Positions 27,026 through 37,473 are shown, counted from the first letter of the stretch. The stretch is DNA of 54,313 bases from Candidatus Acutalibacter pullistercoris (GCA_019115285.1 DXDU01000068.1:1-54313); one strand, 5' to 3'. Notes: generated from the letters alone by a model not told the origin. Translations and numbers: made by a program.

Positions 27026-27991
27026 ATGGAAACTGTCTACGACCCCCAGGCCTTTTTTCAGATCGGCACCAGGGACCCGTCCATCGCCCTGCCCGGGCTC
27101 ATCCGCCGGCTGGAGCCTCCCACCGGCCCTATCGACGTGGTGCTGGACACGGACACCTTCAACGAGGTGGACGACCAGTTCGCCCTGTCCTACCTGCTGA
27201 AACAGGGGGACCGGCTGCGGGTGAAGGCCCTGTACGCCGCCCCCTTCTACAACGAGAAGTCCACCGGCCCGGCGGACGGCATGGAGAAAAGCTACCAGGA
27301 GATCCTCACCCTCCTCCCCCTGCTGGGCCGGGAGGATTTAAAGCCCCTGGTGTACAAGGGCTCTCCCCGGTACCTGCCCTCAGAGGGGGAGCCGGTCCCC
27401 TCCCCCGCCCCGGAGCACCTGGCCCGGCTGGCGGCAGCCTACACCCCGGAGCGGCCCCTGTACGTGGTGGCCATCGGGGCCATCACCAACGTGGCCTCCG
27501 CCCTGCTGCTGGACCCCTCCATCCGGGACAAGGTGGTCATCGTCTGGCTGGGGGGCCACGCCCTCACCTGGCCCAGGAACAACGAGTTCAACCTGGCCCA
27601 GGACATCGCCGCCGCGCGGGTGGTGCTGGGCTGCGGGGCGGCGGTGGCGCTGCTGCCCTGCATGGGGGTGGTGTCCGGCTTCCAGATCAGCAAGGCCGAC
27701 CTGGAGACCTACTTAAAAGGCAAGAACCCCCTGTGCGACTACCTGGTGGACACGGTCTTGCGCGACATGGCGGACAGCCCCCTGCCCACCTGGAGCCGGG
27801 TGATCTGGGACGTGACCGCGGTGGCCTGGCTGCTGGGCGGAGAATTCCTGGAGGACCGGCTGGAGCACAGCCCCATCCCCGAGTACGGCGGCCGCTGGTC
27901 CTTCGACCACAACCGCCACTTCATCCGCTACGTGTACCACGTGTACCGGGACAAGCTCTTCGCCGACCTGGTGGAGAAGCTCACCCAGTAA
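27026..27991 (+). CDS. Nucleoside hydrolase (IU-NH family)
   Basis: Motifs VVLDTDTFNEVDDQFAL, AIGAITNVA, EFNL and WDVTAV. Confidence 0.88.
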   Translation: METVYDPQAFFQIGTRDPSIALPGLIRRLEPPTGPIDVVLDTDTFNEVDDQFALSYLLKQGDRLRVKALYAAPFYNEKSTGPADGMEKSYQEILTLLPLLGREDLKPLVYKGSPRYLPSEGEPVPSPAPEHLARLAAAYTPERPLYVVAIGAITNVASALLLDPSIRDKVVIVWLGGHALTWPRNNEFNLAQDIAAARVVLGCGAAVALLPCMGVVSGFQISKADLETYLKGKNPLCDYLVDTVLRDMADSPLPTWSRVIWDVTAVAWLLGGEFLEDRLEHSPIPEYGGRWSFDHNRHFIRYVYHVYRDKLFADLVEKLTQ

Positions 27992-27994
27992 AGC

Positions 27995-28031
27995 AAAGGG
28001 ACCGCCCTGCAGGGCGGTCCCTTTCTTTTTT
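27995..28031. terminator. Bidirectional intrinsic terminator
   Basis: AAAGGGACCGCCCT/AGGGCGGTCCCTTT palindrome plus T-run between convergent genes. Confidence 0.75.
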
Positions 28032-28032
28032 C

Positions 28033-28428
28033 TCACAGGTACTGGTTGAACTCGATGCGCTCCCGGTTGGGTCCCAGGAGGATGAAGTACTTCACCCCGT
28101 TGTTCCAGAAGGGCAAAAACTCCACCCCATCGCTGACGATCTCGTACCCCTGCTCTTGGGCCAGGCGGTAGGCGGCCTCCACGTCCGTCACGTCGATGGC
28201 CAGGTGGTCGATGGCCCCGGACTCCATGGCAGCTTTCCCGTTCTCGTAGACCTCCAGGGTCAGGCCCTGCAGCCGCAGGAAGGCCACGTCCTCCCCGGCG
28301 GCTTCGTTTTTCACCTGGTACACGGTCTCAAAGCCCAGGCCCTCGTAAAAGGCCAGGGTCTTTTTCAGGTCGTTGGTGGGCAGGCCCACGTGCTGCAGGC
28401 CCAGGGCGAACTCTCCCAGCTGTTTCAT
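28033..28428 (-). CDS. VOC (glyoxalase/bleomycin resistance) family protein
   Basis: Motifs LQHVG, FYEGLGF, IDHLAI and GPNRERIEF. Confidence 0.88.
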   Translation of the reverse strand: MKQLGEFALGLQHVGLPTNDLKKTLAFYEGLGFETVYQVKNEAAGEDVAFLRLQGLTLEVYENGKAAMESGAIDHLAIDVTDVEAAYRLAQEQGYEIVSDGVEFLPFWNNGVKYFILLGPNRERIEFNQYL

Positions 28429-28429
28429 G

Positions 28430-29785
28430 TCAGGCTTCTCCTTTCAGCGCCGCTACGATCTCCTCTGTGTGCATCCCCCGGGAACCCTTCACCAGCACCG
28501 CGTCCCCTGGGGAGAGATGCTCTTTCAAATAGGCGATGGCCTCCCCGTTGGTGGCGAACCACACCGCCCCCGGGCCGAAGCCCGCGGCGGTGTCTTTGGA
28601 AAGGGGCCCCACCGCCACCAGCACCTCGATGCCCAGCTCTCTGGCGTGGCGTCCGGACTGGAAATGCCCCTGCTGGGAGAGGCTGCCCAGCTCCAGCATG
28701 TCCGCCAGCACGGCGGCCCGCTTGCCCGTCACCTTCCGGCCGGCCAGCACCTCCAGGGCGCTGCGCACCGAGTCGGGGCTGGCGTTGTAGCTGTCGTCGA
28801 TGAGGGTCAGGCCCCCTGCCTCCTCCAGCTGCTGGCGCATGGCCGGGGCCTTGTAGGCTGCGATGGCCCGCACGGCGTCCTGGGCGGGCACCCCCAGGTG
28901 CACCGCCACCGCCAGGGCCCCCAGGGCGTTGCGCACGTTGTGCTGTCCCGCCGCGGGGACGAACACCTGGGTCCGCTCCCCGCTGGGGGCCAGGGCGGTA
29001 AAGTAGGTGCCCCGGTCCGCCTCGTTCAGGTCCACCGCCCGCCAGCGGCAGCGGGGGTCAAGACCGTAGGTGACCACCCGGCAGGGCTTTTTCCCCTCCA
29101 GGGTGGGCAGCAGGTCGTCGTCCCCGCTGACGAACAGCACCCCGTCCTTCCCCAGGTAGTCGGCGATCCGGGACTTCTCCGCCATGATGTTCTCCCGGCT
29201 CTTCATGTACTCGATGTGGGACACCCCGATGTTGGTGATCAGGGCGCAGGTGGGCTTTACCACCCCGGCGATGCGCCCCATCTCCCCGGGCATGGAGACC
29301 CCCATCTCCACCACGGCGGCGGTGTGTTCCTTTTTCAGGCCGCACACGGTGATGGGCACCCCCACCTGGCTGTTCTGGTTCCCGGCGGTCTTGTGCACCT
29401 TGAATTTGGCGGAGAGGGCCTGGGCCACCATCTCCTTGGCGGTGGTCTTCCCCACGCTGCCGGTAATGCCCACCACGGGGATCTCAAACTGCTCCCGGTA
29501 CCAGGCCGCCGTCTTCTGCAGTGCCTCCCGGCAGTCCTTCACCAGCACCAGGGGCCGGTCCTCCCCGGGGAGGGGGTGGTCCGTAAAGGAGGCGCTGCCG
29601 CCCCCGGTAAAGAAGCTCCCGATGTAGTCGTGTCCGTCGGCCCGCTCCCCCCGGATGGGCACGAACATCACCCCGGGCTTTCCCTCCCGGCTGTCCGTGG
29701 CGAACCCGGTGATCACCAGGTCCCCGTCTCCCGAGAGCAGCCTGCCCCCGCAGGCCGCCGCGATCTGGCTCAGCTTTAATCTCAT
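28430..29785 (-). CDS. murF: UDP-N-acetylmuramoyl-tripeptide--D-Ala-D-Ala ligase
   Basis: Motifs TDSR, DGHDY, GITGSVGKTTAKEM, DDSYNASPDS, DMLELG and LVKGSRG. Confidence 0.93.
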   Translation of the reverse strand: MRLKLSQIAAACGGRLLSGDGDLVITGFATDSREGKPGVMFVPIRGERADGHDYIGSFFTGGGSASFTDHPLPGEDRPLVLVKDCREALQKTAAWYREQFEIPVVGITGSVGKTTAKEMVAQALSAKFKVHKTAGNQNSQVGVPITVCGLKKEHTAAVVEMGVSMPGEMGRIAGVVKPTCALITNIGVSHIEYMKSRENIMAEKSRIADYLGKDGVLFVSGDDDLLPTLEGKKPCRVVTYGLDPRCRWRAVDLNEADRGTYFTALAPSGERTQVFVPAAGQHNVRNALGALAVAVHLGVPAQDAVRAIAAYKAPAMRQQLEEAGGLTLIDDSYNASPDSVRSALEVLAGRKVTGKRAAVLADMLELGSLSQQGHFQSGRHARELGIEVLVAVGPLSKDTAAGFGPGAVWFATNGEAIAYLKEHLSPGDAVLVKGSRGMHTEEIVAALKGEA

Positions 29786-29837
29786 TCTTGCCGCTCCTTT
29801 TCTCCGCGTCCCCGCCGCCGGGGCGCCGGTGTTCTTC

Positions 29838-31172
29838 TCAGGCCAGAGACCCCATGGGGTCCCAGGGCTCCAGGGCGATGGGCGCCTGGTCCAGCTCCTC
29901 TCGCTGCTCTTCGGTGAGGTACTTCTTGTCCACCACCACCTGGTAGGTAAACTCGCTGAACCACTTGTCGCTCATCACGTAGTAGCCGCCATTTCCGGCG
30001 TCGGGGCCCCAGCTGTTTTCCACCCGCCAGCGGTCCGGCTTGCCGTTCTCGTCCAGGTTCACCCCCTGGAAGACCATGGCGTGGGTCATCAGGCTCTCGC
30101 CGTAGTCCAGGCGCTGGGCCTTGTTCATGCCGAAGGAGGTGCCGAAGAGCTCATCGGCCCGCAGGGCGTCCTGGTCCAGCACGCCCCCCTCCCGCAGGGA
30201 GAACTGCCCCACGTCGCAGCCGAACCACACCGGCTGGCCGTCCTGCAGCTGCCGGATGGCCGCGGCCTTCAGGTCCTCCACCGGCAGGTTCAGGTACTTG
30301 ACAGGCCGGCCCTCTTTCACGTTCCCCAAGAACTTCACGGTGTAGGTCTTGTGATAGGGCTTGTCCTTGGTGGGGGCGTTGATCAGGCTCACGTACTGGG
30401 ACAGGTCCCAGCCCACGTACTTCTGGAAGAAGTCCGTGCCCGTCAGGCCCTCCTCCCGGAAGAAGGCCTTGTTCTTGTTGCGCACCTCGAAGGTAAAGGT
30501 CCTGGGGGGCTTGCCCAGGGCGATGCACAGCATGTGGTAGATGGTCTGGAGCATCTCCTCTTTCCGCCCCCGCAGCTCCTCCGGGGACTGGCCTGCCTCG
30601 AAGCCGGTGCGCAGCTGGCAGGCGAACTCCCGCAGCTTTTTCGTCAGGTAGTTGTTGATCTCCCTGGTTGCGGAGGAGCAGGCGGTCTCGGGCATGGCGT
30701 CCTTGGGCGCCACGCCGTACTTTTCAATCAAGTTCACAAACATGTCCCACTGCCCCCCGTCGTTTAAGGGCGCGGACAACAGATAGGACACCAGCCGCCC
30801 GTTCACCGGCTGGTCCAAAGTCTCCAGAACGCTCTCCAGGAAGTAGTTGGACTTCTCCAGCTTGTCGTAGAACAAGGTGTAGTTCTGAGAGAGCTCGAAG
30901 GTCTCCAGGTCCAGCTTCTTCATCACGGCGAAGCGCATGGTGTTCAAGGCGGCGAACATCCAGCACCGGCCGCTCTGCTTCTGGTTGGTGATCTTCCCCT
31001 GCTCTAGGGAGACGGAGAACTGGTGCCGGTCCTTCCACACCGCCTCCGGGTCGGCGGCGGACTTCACCACGCCGTTGGCGGTGACGGCCCGCATGGCCAC
31101 CCGCTTGGCGGGGTCCCTATCGAAGGCCTGCTCAAAACGTTCCAGCTGTTCTAACGTAAGGTTTTTCTCCAC
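29838..31172 (-). CDS. pepC: Aminopeptidase C / bleomycin hydrolase (peptidase C1B)
   Basis: Catalytic motifs QKQSGRCWMFA, THAM and VENSWG. Probable GTG start at 31172 (VEKNLT). The frame stays open upstream to 31424. Confidence 0.9.
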   Translation of the reverse strand: MEKNLTLEQLERFEQAFDRDPAKRVAMRAVTANGVVKSAADPEAVWKDRHQFSVSLEQGKITNQKQSGRCWMFAALNTMRFAVMKKLDLETFELSQNYTLFYDKLEKSNYFLESVLETLDQPVNGRLVSYLLSAPLNDGGQWDMFVNLIEKYGVAPKDAMPETACSSATREINNYLTKKLREFACQLRTGFEAGQSPEELRGRKEEMLQTIYHMLCIALGKPPRTFTFEVRNKNKAFFREEGLTGTDFFQKYVGWDLSQYVSLINAPTKDKPYHKTYTVKFLGNVKEGRPVKYLNLPVEDLKAAAIRQLQDGQPVWFGCDVGQFSLREGGVLDQDALRADELFGTSFGMNKAQRLDYGESLMTHAMVFQGVNLDENGKPDRWRVENSWGPDAGNGGYYVMSDKWFSEFTYQVVVDKKYLTEEQREELDQAPIALEPWDPMGSLA

Positions 31173-31437
31173 AGCGCATCCATTCCTTTCTTTGTTCTGC
31201 AGTGATAAATCCAGCGCAGGACAAGGCCCGCCCAGGGGGACCTCCACGGTGCGCCGGAACACCCGCCCGGTGGTAAGTTTCAGGCGGTCCCCCGCCTTTG
31301 CCACCCGGACCAGGACCCGCCTCCCCCCGCAGGGCAGGAGAAAGGCGGTGGGCCCGTCTTCCAGGCATCCATCCATCTCTCCCAGCGCGGAGAGGGCTTG
31401 GGAAATCAGTTCCTTGCGGTTCACCCCACACGCCTCC

Positions 31438-32910
31438 TCAGACGATTTGGGGTGTTTTCCCCCTCTCTTCCAACAGCTCCCTGATGACCACCCGCTCGTC
31501 GAAGGGGTGCTTGACCCCGTTGATCTCCTGGTAATCCTCGTGGCCCTTGCCCGCGAAGACCACGATGTCCCCGGGCTGGGCGTGGTCCAGGCACCAGCCC
31601 ATGGCCTCCCGCCGGTCGGGGATGGTGACGTACTGGCCCTGGGTCTTTTTCATCCCCACCAGAATGTCGGCGATGATGTCGTTCACGTCCTCAAACCGGG
31701 AGTTGTCCGCGGTGATGACCGACAGGTCGGCCAGCTTGCCGCAGGCCTCGCCCATCTCGTACCGCCGCACCTTGGGCCGGTTCCCCCCCGCCCCGAACAG
31801 GACGATCAGCCGCCGGGGCTCATACTCCCGCAGGGTGGTCAGCAGGTTTTCCATGCTCACCGCGTTGTGGGCGTAGTCCAGCAGCAGGGTGTAATCCCCG
31901 GGCACGGGCACAGGCTCCACCCGGCCCTTGACCTTTACCTGGGACAGGCCCCGCTTCATGGCCTCCTGGGGAATGCCCAGCTGGTGGCAGGCGCCGATGG
32001 CCGCCAGGGCGTTGTAGGCGTTGAACCTGCCGGGAATGCCCACCTCGGCGGTGAAGTTCTCCTCCCCGGCCACGTCCACCGCCAGGCCCAAAAAGCCGGG
32101 CTTTGTCAGGTGGCGGCAGCCGGAGCCTGTCAGGTCCGCGGGGCGGTCCATGGCGTAGGTCTTCACCTGACAGGTGTGGCCCCGGAGCACCCCCTCCACG
32201 CTGGGGTCGTCGGCGTTGACCACCCCCACCTTGCACAGGGAGAACAGCTTGGCCTTGCAGGAGAGGTACTCCTCCATGTCCTTGTGCTCCACCCCGCCGA
32301 TGTGGTCCTCGGAGAAGTTGGTGAACACCCCCACCTGGAAGGGGAAGCCGTAGACCCGCATGTCCCGCAGGCCGATGGAAGAGGCCTCCATCACACAGTA
32401 GCGGCAGCCCTCGTCGGCCATCTGCCGCAGGTATTTTTGCACGTCGTAGCTCATGGGGGTGGTGTTGTCCGTCTGGATGAGCTTCTCCCCCATCAGCACC
32501 CCAATGGTGCCGATGACCCCGGTCTTGTGGCCCGCGGCCTCCAAAATCGCCCGAATCATGTAAGCGGTGGTGGTCTTGCCCTTGGTCCCGGTCACCCCGA
32601 TGACCTGGATGTCCCCCTCCGCCGGCTTTCCGAAGAAAGCGGCGCTCATCAGGGCCAGGGCCTTTCTGGTGTCCTCCACCAAAATCACCTGGGCCCCGGG
32701 GGCCTGCACAGGCTCCTCCGCCACGATTACAGAAGCTCCGGCCTCCGCCGCCTTTCCGGCGAACTTGTGGCCGTCCACGGCGGAGCCCCGCAGGCAGAAA
32801 AAGGCGCAGCCCGGCCCGGCCTTCCGGGAATCGTAGGCAAGATCGGCGATCTCCGTCTCGGCGAATCCCTCCCGGATTCCCAGGCTTTCCAATAAGATAG
32901 ACAATTTCAT
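31438..32910 (-). CDS. murE: UDP-N-acetylmuramoyl-L-Ala-D-Glu--diamino acid ligase
   Basis: Motifs YDSRK, GVTGTKGKTT, NTTP, MEASS, DYAHN, DNSR and AGKGHEDYQ. Confidence 0.93.
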   Translation of the reverse strand: MKLSILLESLGIREGFAETEIADLAYDSRKAGPGCAFFCLRGSAVDGHKFAGKAAEAGASVIVAEEPVQAPGAQVILVEDTRKALALMSAAFFGKPAEGDIQVIGVTGTKGKTTTAYMIRAILEAAGHKTGVIGTIGVLMGEKLIQTDNTTPMSYDVQKYLRQMADEGCRYCVMEASSIGLRDMRVYGFPFQVGVFTNFSEDHIGGVEHKDMEEYLSCKAKLFSLCKVGVVNADDPSVEGVLRGHTCQVKTYAMDRPADLTGSGCRHLTKPGFLGLAVDVAGEENFTAEVGIPGRFNAYNALAAIGACHQLGIPQEAMKRGLSQVKVKGRVEPVPVPGDYTLLLDYAHNAVSMENLLTTLREYEPRRLIVLFGAGGNRPKVRRYEMGEACGKLADLSVITADNSRFEDVNDIIADILVGMKKTQGQYVTIPDRREAMGWCLDHAQPGDIVVFAGKGHEDYQEINGVKHPFDERVVIRELLEERGKTPQIV

Positions 32911-32955
32911 AGGTGCGTCCCCCTTTTCTCGCTGTGGGGCGCGCCGCCCCGTTTG

Positions 32956-32984
32956 ATGATACTCTTTTCCCCGCCGCTTGTCAA
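32956..32984 (-). promoter_or_regulatory. Sigma-A promoter of the murE operon
   Basis: TTGACA-17 bp-TATCAT on the minus strand. Confidence 0.7.
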
Positions 32985-32989
32985 ATGGG

Positions 32990-33540
32990 GCGCGGCCCGC
33001 CCCGGCGCGAGGAAACCCCCTCTCCGTTCGCTTCGCTCACTCACCGGGGTTTTCGGGTGGGTTTTCCCAACCTGGAGGGATAGAGTGACCTAAAATCCCG
33101 GAGCGCCCTTTGCAGAGGGATTTTCCTGGCCTGCGGTGCCAACCGCCCCACCCCCTGCCCCCTCCCGTAAGGATAGTGAGCTATAATCTCATCTTTTTCC
33201 GTACGGGAGGGGGAATATATTCTATAATCTCATTCCAAAGGGGGGCCTAACGGCCCCCCTTTGATAACCCCCTCATGTTTAACTCTCTACCTCAAGGGAG
33301 GCTATCTACCATGGGGGTCCAAGGGGCAAAGCCCCTTGAAAATCCTATTAAAATAATAAAAGAGAATCCCCCTCCCGCGCCAGCGAGGGAATGGCCTTCG
33401 CTATGGTCTGGGCGCGGGAGGGGGTAAGGGGGTGGGGCGCAGATAACTCGCCCCCCAGCTTGCTGGCAGGCGAGACCAGGGAGTGGGCCTCATAAAGCTT
33501 TCCCGCCCAGCTAGGGCGGCCGGCCGGGTGCGCCCCCAGA
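32990..33540. repeat. Intergenic mosaic repeat island 6
   Basis: Core unit 33147-33436. Segment 33201-33433 is a near-identical inverted copy of 19401-19633. AAAATCCC hairpin at 33092. Confidence 0.9.
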
Positions 33541-33618
33541 AGCGGCCGAAGCCCGGGCGGGGGCCCGGGCTTCGGTCTGGGATATAGAATGATGAAAAGG
33601 TAAACTTATACGCGTCAG

Positions 33619-35280
33619 TCAGCGGGGGAAGGTGAGGGTCACCGTGGTGCCCTGGCCCTCCTGGCTCTCTAAAGAGACCTTGGCGTTGTGGAAGGCCGCC
33701 CCGTGCTTGACGATGGAAAGCCCCAGCCCGGTGCCGCCGATCTCCTTGGAGTGGCTCTTGTCCACCCGGTAGAACCGCTCGAACACCCGGTCCTGGTCCG
33801 CGGCGGGGATGCCGATGCCCGTGTCCTTCACAGACAGGGCCACCCCGTGGGGCACGTTCCCGATGGCGATCTCCACCCGGCCGCCCTGGCGGTTATACTT
33901 CACCGCGTTGTCGCAGAGGTTGAAGACCATCTCGTCCACAATGGACCGCACCCCGTGGATCTTGGAGCCTCCCCCGGTGACGGAGAAGGTGAGGCCCAGG
34001 TCGTCCATGGGCTTCTTCAGGCGCTCCCCTACGCTCCTGCTCAGCTCCGTCAGGTCGATCTCCTCCTGGGGGAGGTTTACCTCCTCCTCATCCAGGCGGG
34101 ACAGCCGCATGATGTCGTCCACCAGGGCGATGAGCCGCTGGGACTCGCTGTAGATGTTCCCGGCGAACCGGGGCACGTCCTCGGGCTTTACTATGCCGTT
34201 TTGTATAATCTCCGCGAAGCCGGAGATGGAGGTCAAAGGCGTTTTCAGCTCGTGAGAGACATTGGCGGTAAACTCCCGGCGCAGGCTCTCCCGGTCCTCC
34301 CGCTCGGTGATGTCCAGGATCACCACCACGGCGCCTACCACTTCCCCCTCTCGGAGCACCGGGTTTGCCAGCACCTGGCAGCACCGGCCGTTCTCCCGGA
34401 GCAGCTGCTGGCTGCGCTTGCCGGAGAGGGCCCCGTCCACCACGCTGCGGAAGCTGGAGCTGCGGTTTAAGGTCAGGGCGCTCTCCCGGCCGTCGGCGGA
34501 GGCGTCGGGGCAGCCCAGCAGCCGCAAGGCGCTGGTGTTGTAAGAGAGGATGTCCGTGTGGTGGTCCAGCACCAGAAAGCCCTCGCTCATGTTCTCGGTA
34601 ATGGCGGTGAACTCCTCCTGCTTTTCCCGCAGGGACTCCATCTGCCGGGCGATGGCCTGGTTCTGCTTGCTGATCTTGGTCAGCAGGGGAGAGAGCTCCT
34701 CATAGCAGGAGTTGTCGTCGGGGTGGTCCAGGTCCAGCCGGTTGATGGGCGCCACGATCTTCTTGGTCAGGTAGTTGGAGAGCAGGGCGGTCACCGCCAC
34801 CGCCGCCAGGGCCGAGGCGATGAGCCAGGGCAGAATCCCCAGCATGGCGGCGAAGATGGTGTCGGTGGTCACCGCCATGCGCAGCACCTGGCCGCTGCCC
34901 AGGCGCACCGCGTAGTAGAAGGTCTGCTCCGACAAGGTGTCGGACATGCGGGTCTCCTCCCCGGCCCCGTGTTCCAGGGCGTCGGCCACCTCCGGCCGGT
35001 CCAGGTGGTTCTCCATGGCGGCGGGGTCGGCCTGGTTGTCAAAGAGCACCGTGCCGTCCTCGTCGATGAGGGTCAGCCTGTTTTTGGAGAAGGCCAGGTC
35101 CTCCAGGTAGGCCGCTCCCAGCTCCTCCACCGCGGGCCGGAGGGCGGCGGTCTCTTCCCGCACCTCGTCCTCCATGTGGCCCTCGAAGTCGGCGTAGTAC
35201 ACCAGGGTGGTCAGCAGGGCGCACACCACCACGGTGGCCAGAGCGGTCAGGCACATATTGCGAAAGATCTTTTGTCTCAT
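33619..35280 (-). CDS. phoR: PhoR-like sensor histidine kinase (PAS, HisKA, HATPase)
   Basis: Motifs ANVSHELKTPLTSI, NLCDNAVKY, DTGIGI, FERFYRVD and GGTGLGLSIVKH; located in the pst operon. Confidence 0.88.
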   Translation of the reverse strand: MRQKIFRNMCLTALATVVVCALLTTLVYYADFEGHMEDEVREETAALRPAVEELGAAYLEDLAFSKNRLTLIDEDGTVLFDNQADPAAMENHLDRPEVADALEHGAGEETRMSDTLSEQTFYYAVRLGSGQVLRMAVTTDTIFAAMLGILPWLIASALAAVAVTALLSNYLTKKIVAPINRLDLDHPDDNSCYEELSPLLTKISKQNQAIARQMESLREKQEEFTAITENMSEGFLVLDHHTDILSYNTSALRLLGCPDASADGRESALTLNRSSSFRSVVDGALSGKRSQQLLRENGRCCQVLANPVLREGEVVGAVVVILDITEREDRESLRREFTANVSHELKTPLTSISGFAEIIQNGIVKPEDVPRFAGNIYSESQRLIALVDDIMRLSRLDEEEVNLPQEEIDLTELSRSVGERLKKPMDDLGLTFSVTGGGSKIHGVRSIVDEMVFNLCDNAVKYNRQGGRVEIAIGNVPHGVALSVKDTGIGIPAADQDRVFERFYRVDKSHSKEIGGTGLGLSIVKHGAAFHNAKVSLESQEGQGTTVTLTFPR

Positions 35281-35315
35281 GGGTCTCGGGCACTTCCTTT
35301 TCCGTGGTGGTCTGT

Positions 35316-36002
35316 TTACGAGAGGGGATGGGCCTTGCTGTCGATCTTATACCCCACGCCCCGCACCGTCTCGATGAGAGAGCCCATCTCCCCCAGCTTC
35401 TGGCGCAGGGTGCGGACGTGCACGTCCACCGTGCGGGTCTCCCCGTCAAAATCATAGCCCCAAATCTTCGTCAGCAGCTTGTCCCGGGTGAGCACCATGC
35501 CGTCGTTTTCCAGCAGGGTGCGCAGCAGCTCGAACTCCTTTAAGGTCAGCTGCACCTCTCTGCCCCCCACCAGCACCAGGTGCCGGGCCGGGGACACCCG
35601 CAGCTCTCCCAGAACGAACTCCTTGGCCTCCGGCTCTGGCTCCGCCCGGCGGAGCAGGGCCTTCACACGGGCCACCAGCTCCATCATGCCGAAGGGCTTG
35701 GGCAGGTAGTCGTCGGCGCCGGTGTCCAGGCCTAAGACCTTGTCGTACTCGCTGTCCTTGGCGGTGAGCATCATCACCGGCACTTTTTTGGTGGGGGCGG
35801 CCGCCCGCAGCTTTTTCAGCACCTGCAGGCCGTCCTCCTCCGGCAGCATAATGTCCAGCAGCACCAGGCTGGGGGCCTGCCGGTCCACCGCCGCCCAGAA
35901 CTGGCTGGGCTTTCCAAAACCCTGGGTCTCAAAGCCGGTGGAGTTCAAGGTGTACACCACCAGCTCCCGGATGCTGTTGTCGTCTTCCAGAATATAGATC
36001 AT
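35316..36002 (-). CDS. phoP: PhoP/PhoB-like OmpR-family response regulator
   Basis: Motifs EDD, LLDIMLP, GADDYLPKPF, RTVDVH and ETVRGVGY; located in the pst operon. Confidence 0.85.
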   Translation of the reverse strand: MIYILEDDNSIRELVVYTLNSTGFETQGFGKPSQFWAAVDRQAPSLVLLDIMLPEEDGLQVLKKLRAAAPTKKVPVMMLTAKDSEYDKVLGLDTGADDYLPKPFGMMELVARVKALLRRAEPEPEAKEFVLGELRVSPARHLVLVGGREVQLTLKEFELLRTLLENDGMVLTRDKLLTKIWGYDFDGETRTVDVHVRTLRQKLGEMGSLIETVRGVGYKIDSKAHPLS

Positions 36003-36044
36003 ACGCTGACGCCGGCTGCCTTGGGACAGACGGCCCCTCCTTTT

Positions 36045-36692
36045 TTAGAGAGATTCCTTGGTGCCGGTGACGGAGTACTGCACCCACTCGGCCACGTTCA
36101 CCGCGTGGTCGCCGATGCGCTCGAAGTACTTGGCCACCATCAGCAGGTCGATGCAGAACTCGCCGCTCTCCCTGTTTTCCGCGATGAGCCGGATGAGCTC
36201 GTCCTTCACCTTGTTGAACAGGTCGTCCACCCCGTTGTCGCACTGCATCACCTTCCGGGCCAGCTCCATGTCCCGGCGGACGAAGGAGTCCACGCTGTCG
36301 GTGACCATCTGGATGGTGGCCTCGGCCATCTCCTGGATGTGCACCCGGGAGAAGGAGATGTCCCGGTCCTTCAGGTAGGGCAGCAGCTCGGCGATATCGG
36401 AGGCCTGGTCGCCGATGCGCTCTAGGTCCGAGATCATCTTCAGCGCCGCGGAGATCAGCCGCAGGTCCCCGGCCACAGGCTGCTGCTGGAGGATCAGCCG
36501 CATGCACAGGCTCTCAATCTCCCGCTCTTTCTCGTCGATCTCCAGCTCGATGGGCTTTACCAGTTTGGCCAGCTTCAGGTCGTTTTCCAGCAGGGCCTTG
36601 GCGGCGGTGGAAATGGCGTCCTCGCACAGGGCCCCTGTCTTGATGAGCTCTACGTTCAGCTGTTCCAGCTGTTCCTCAAACTTGTTGCGCAT
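36045..36692 (-). CDS. phoU: Phosphate signalling/transport regulator PhoU
   Basis: Motifs QQPVAGDLR, DLERIGDQA and ERIGDHAVN. Confidence 0.93.
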   Translation of the reverse strand: MRNKFEEQLEQLNVELIKTGALCEDAISTAAKALLENDLKLAKLVKPIELEIDEKEREIESLCMRLILQQQPVAGDLRLISAALKMISDLERIGDQASDIAELLPYLKDRDISFSRVHIQEMAEATIQMVTDSVDSFVRRDMELARKVMQCDNGVDDLFNKVKDELIRLIAENRESGEFCIDLLMVAKYFERIGDHAVNVAEWVQYSVTGTKESL

Positions 36693-37441
36693 TAGCCAAA
36701 CCTCCCGGTGATGTAGTCTTCGGTCCGCTTATCCTTGGGCATGGAGAACAGCTCCTCCGTGGGGCCGGACTCCACCAGCTCTCCCAGCAGGAAGAAGGCG
36801 GTCTTGTCGGAGATACGGGCGGCCTGCTGCATGTTGTGGGTGACGATGACAATAGTATAGTTGGATTTCAGCTCCATTGCAAGGTCTTCGATCTTGGAGG
36901 TGGAGATGGGGTCCAAGGCGGAGGTGGGCTCGTCCATCAGCAGCACGTCGGGCTCCACCGCCAGGGCCCTGGCGATGCACAGCCGCTGCTGCTGCCCGCC
37001 GGAAAGCCCCAGGGCGCTTTTCTTTAAGCGGTCCTTCAGCTCGTCCCAGATGGCCGCCCGGCGCAGGGACTGCTCCACGATCTCGTCCAGCTTCACCCGG
37101 GAGCGCACCCCGTGGGTGCGGGGGCCGTAGGCGATGTTGTCGTAGACGCTCATGGGGAAGGGGTTGGGCTTTTGGAACACCATGCCCACCCGCTTGCGCA
37201 GGTGGTTGACGTCGATGTTCCCGTAGATGTCCTCCCCGTCTAAGAGGATCTCCCCGGTGATCTTGCAGCCCTCCACCAGGTCGTTCATGCGGTTTAAAGA
37301 TTTCAGCAAGGTGGACTTGCCGCAGCCCGAGGGGCCGATAAAGGCCGTCACCTCGTTGGGGGCAATTTTCAGGTTCACGGACTTCAGCGCTTTAAAGCTG
37401 CCGTAGTACAGGTCCAGGTCGTTGATGGTAAATTTATCCAT
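36692..37441 (-). CDS. pstB: Phosphate ABC transporter ATP-binding protein
   Basis: Motifs [31 protein letters not shown] and [10 protein letters not shown]. Confidence 0.95.
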   Translation of the reverse strand: MDKFTINDLDLYYGSFKALKSVNLKIAPNEVTAFIGPSGCGKSTLLKSLNRMNDLVEGCKITGEILLDGEDIYGNIDVNHLRKRVGMVFQKPNPFPMSVYDNIAYGPRTHGVRSRVKLDEIVEQSLRRAAIWDELKDRLKKSALGLSGGQQQRLCIARALAVEPDVLLMDEPTSALDPISTSKIEDLAMELKSNYTIVIVTHNMQQAARISDKTAFFLLGELVESGPTEELFSMPKDKRTEDYITGRFG

Positions 37442-37473
37442 GCTCGTGTTCCCTTCTCAAAAGATGCGGCGCT

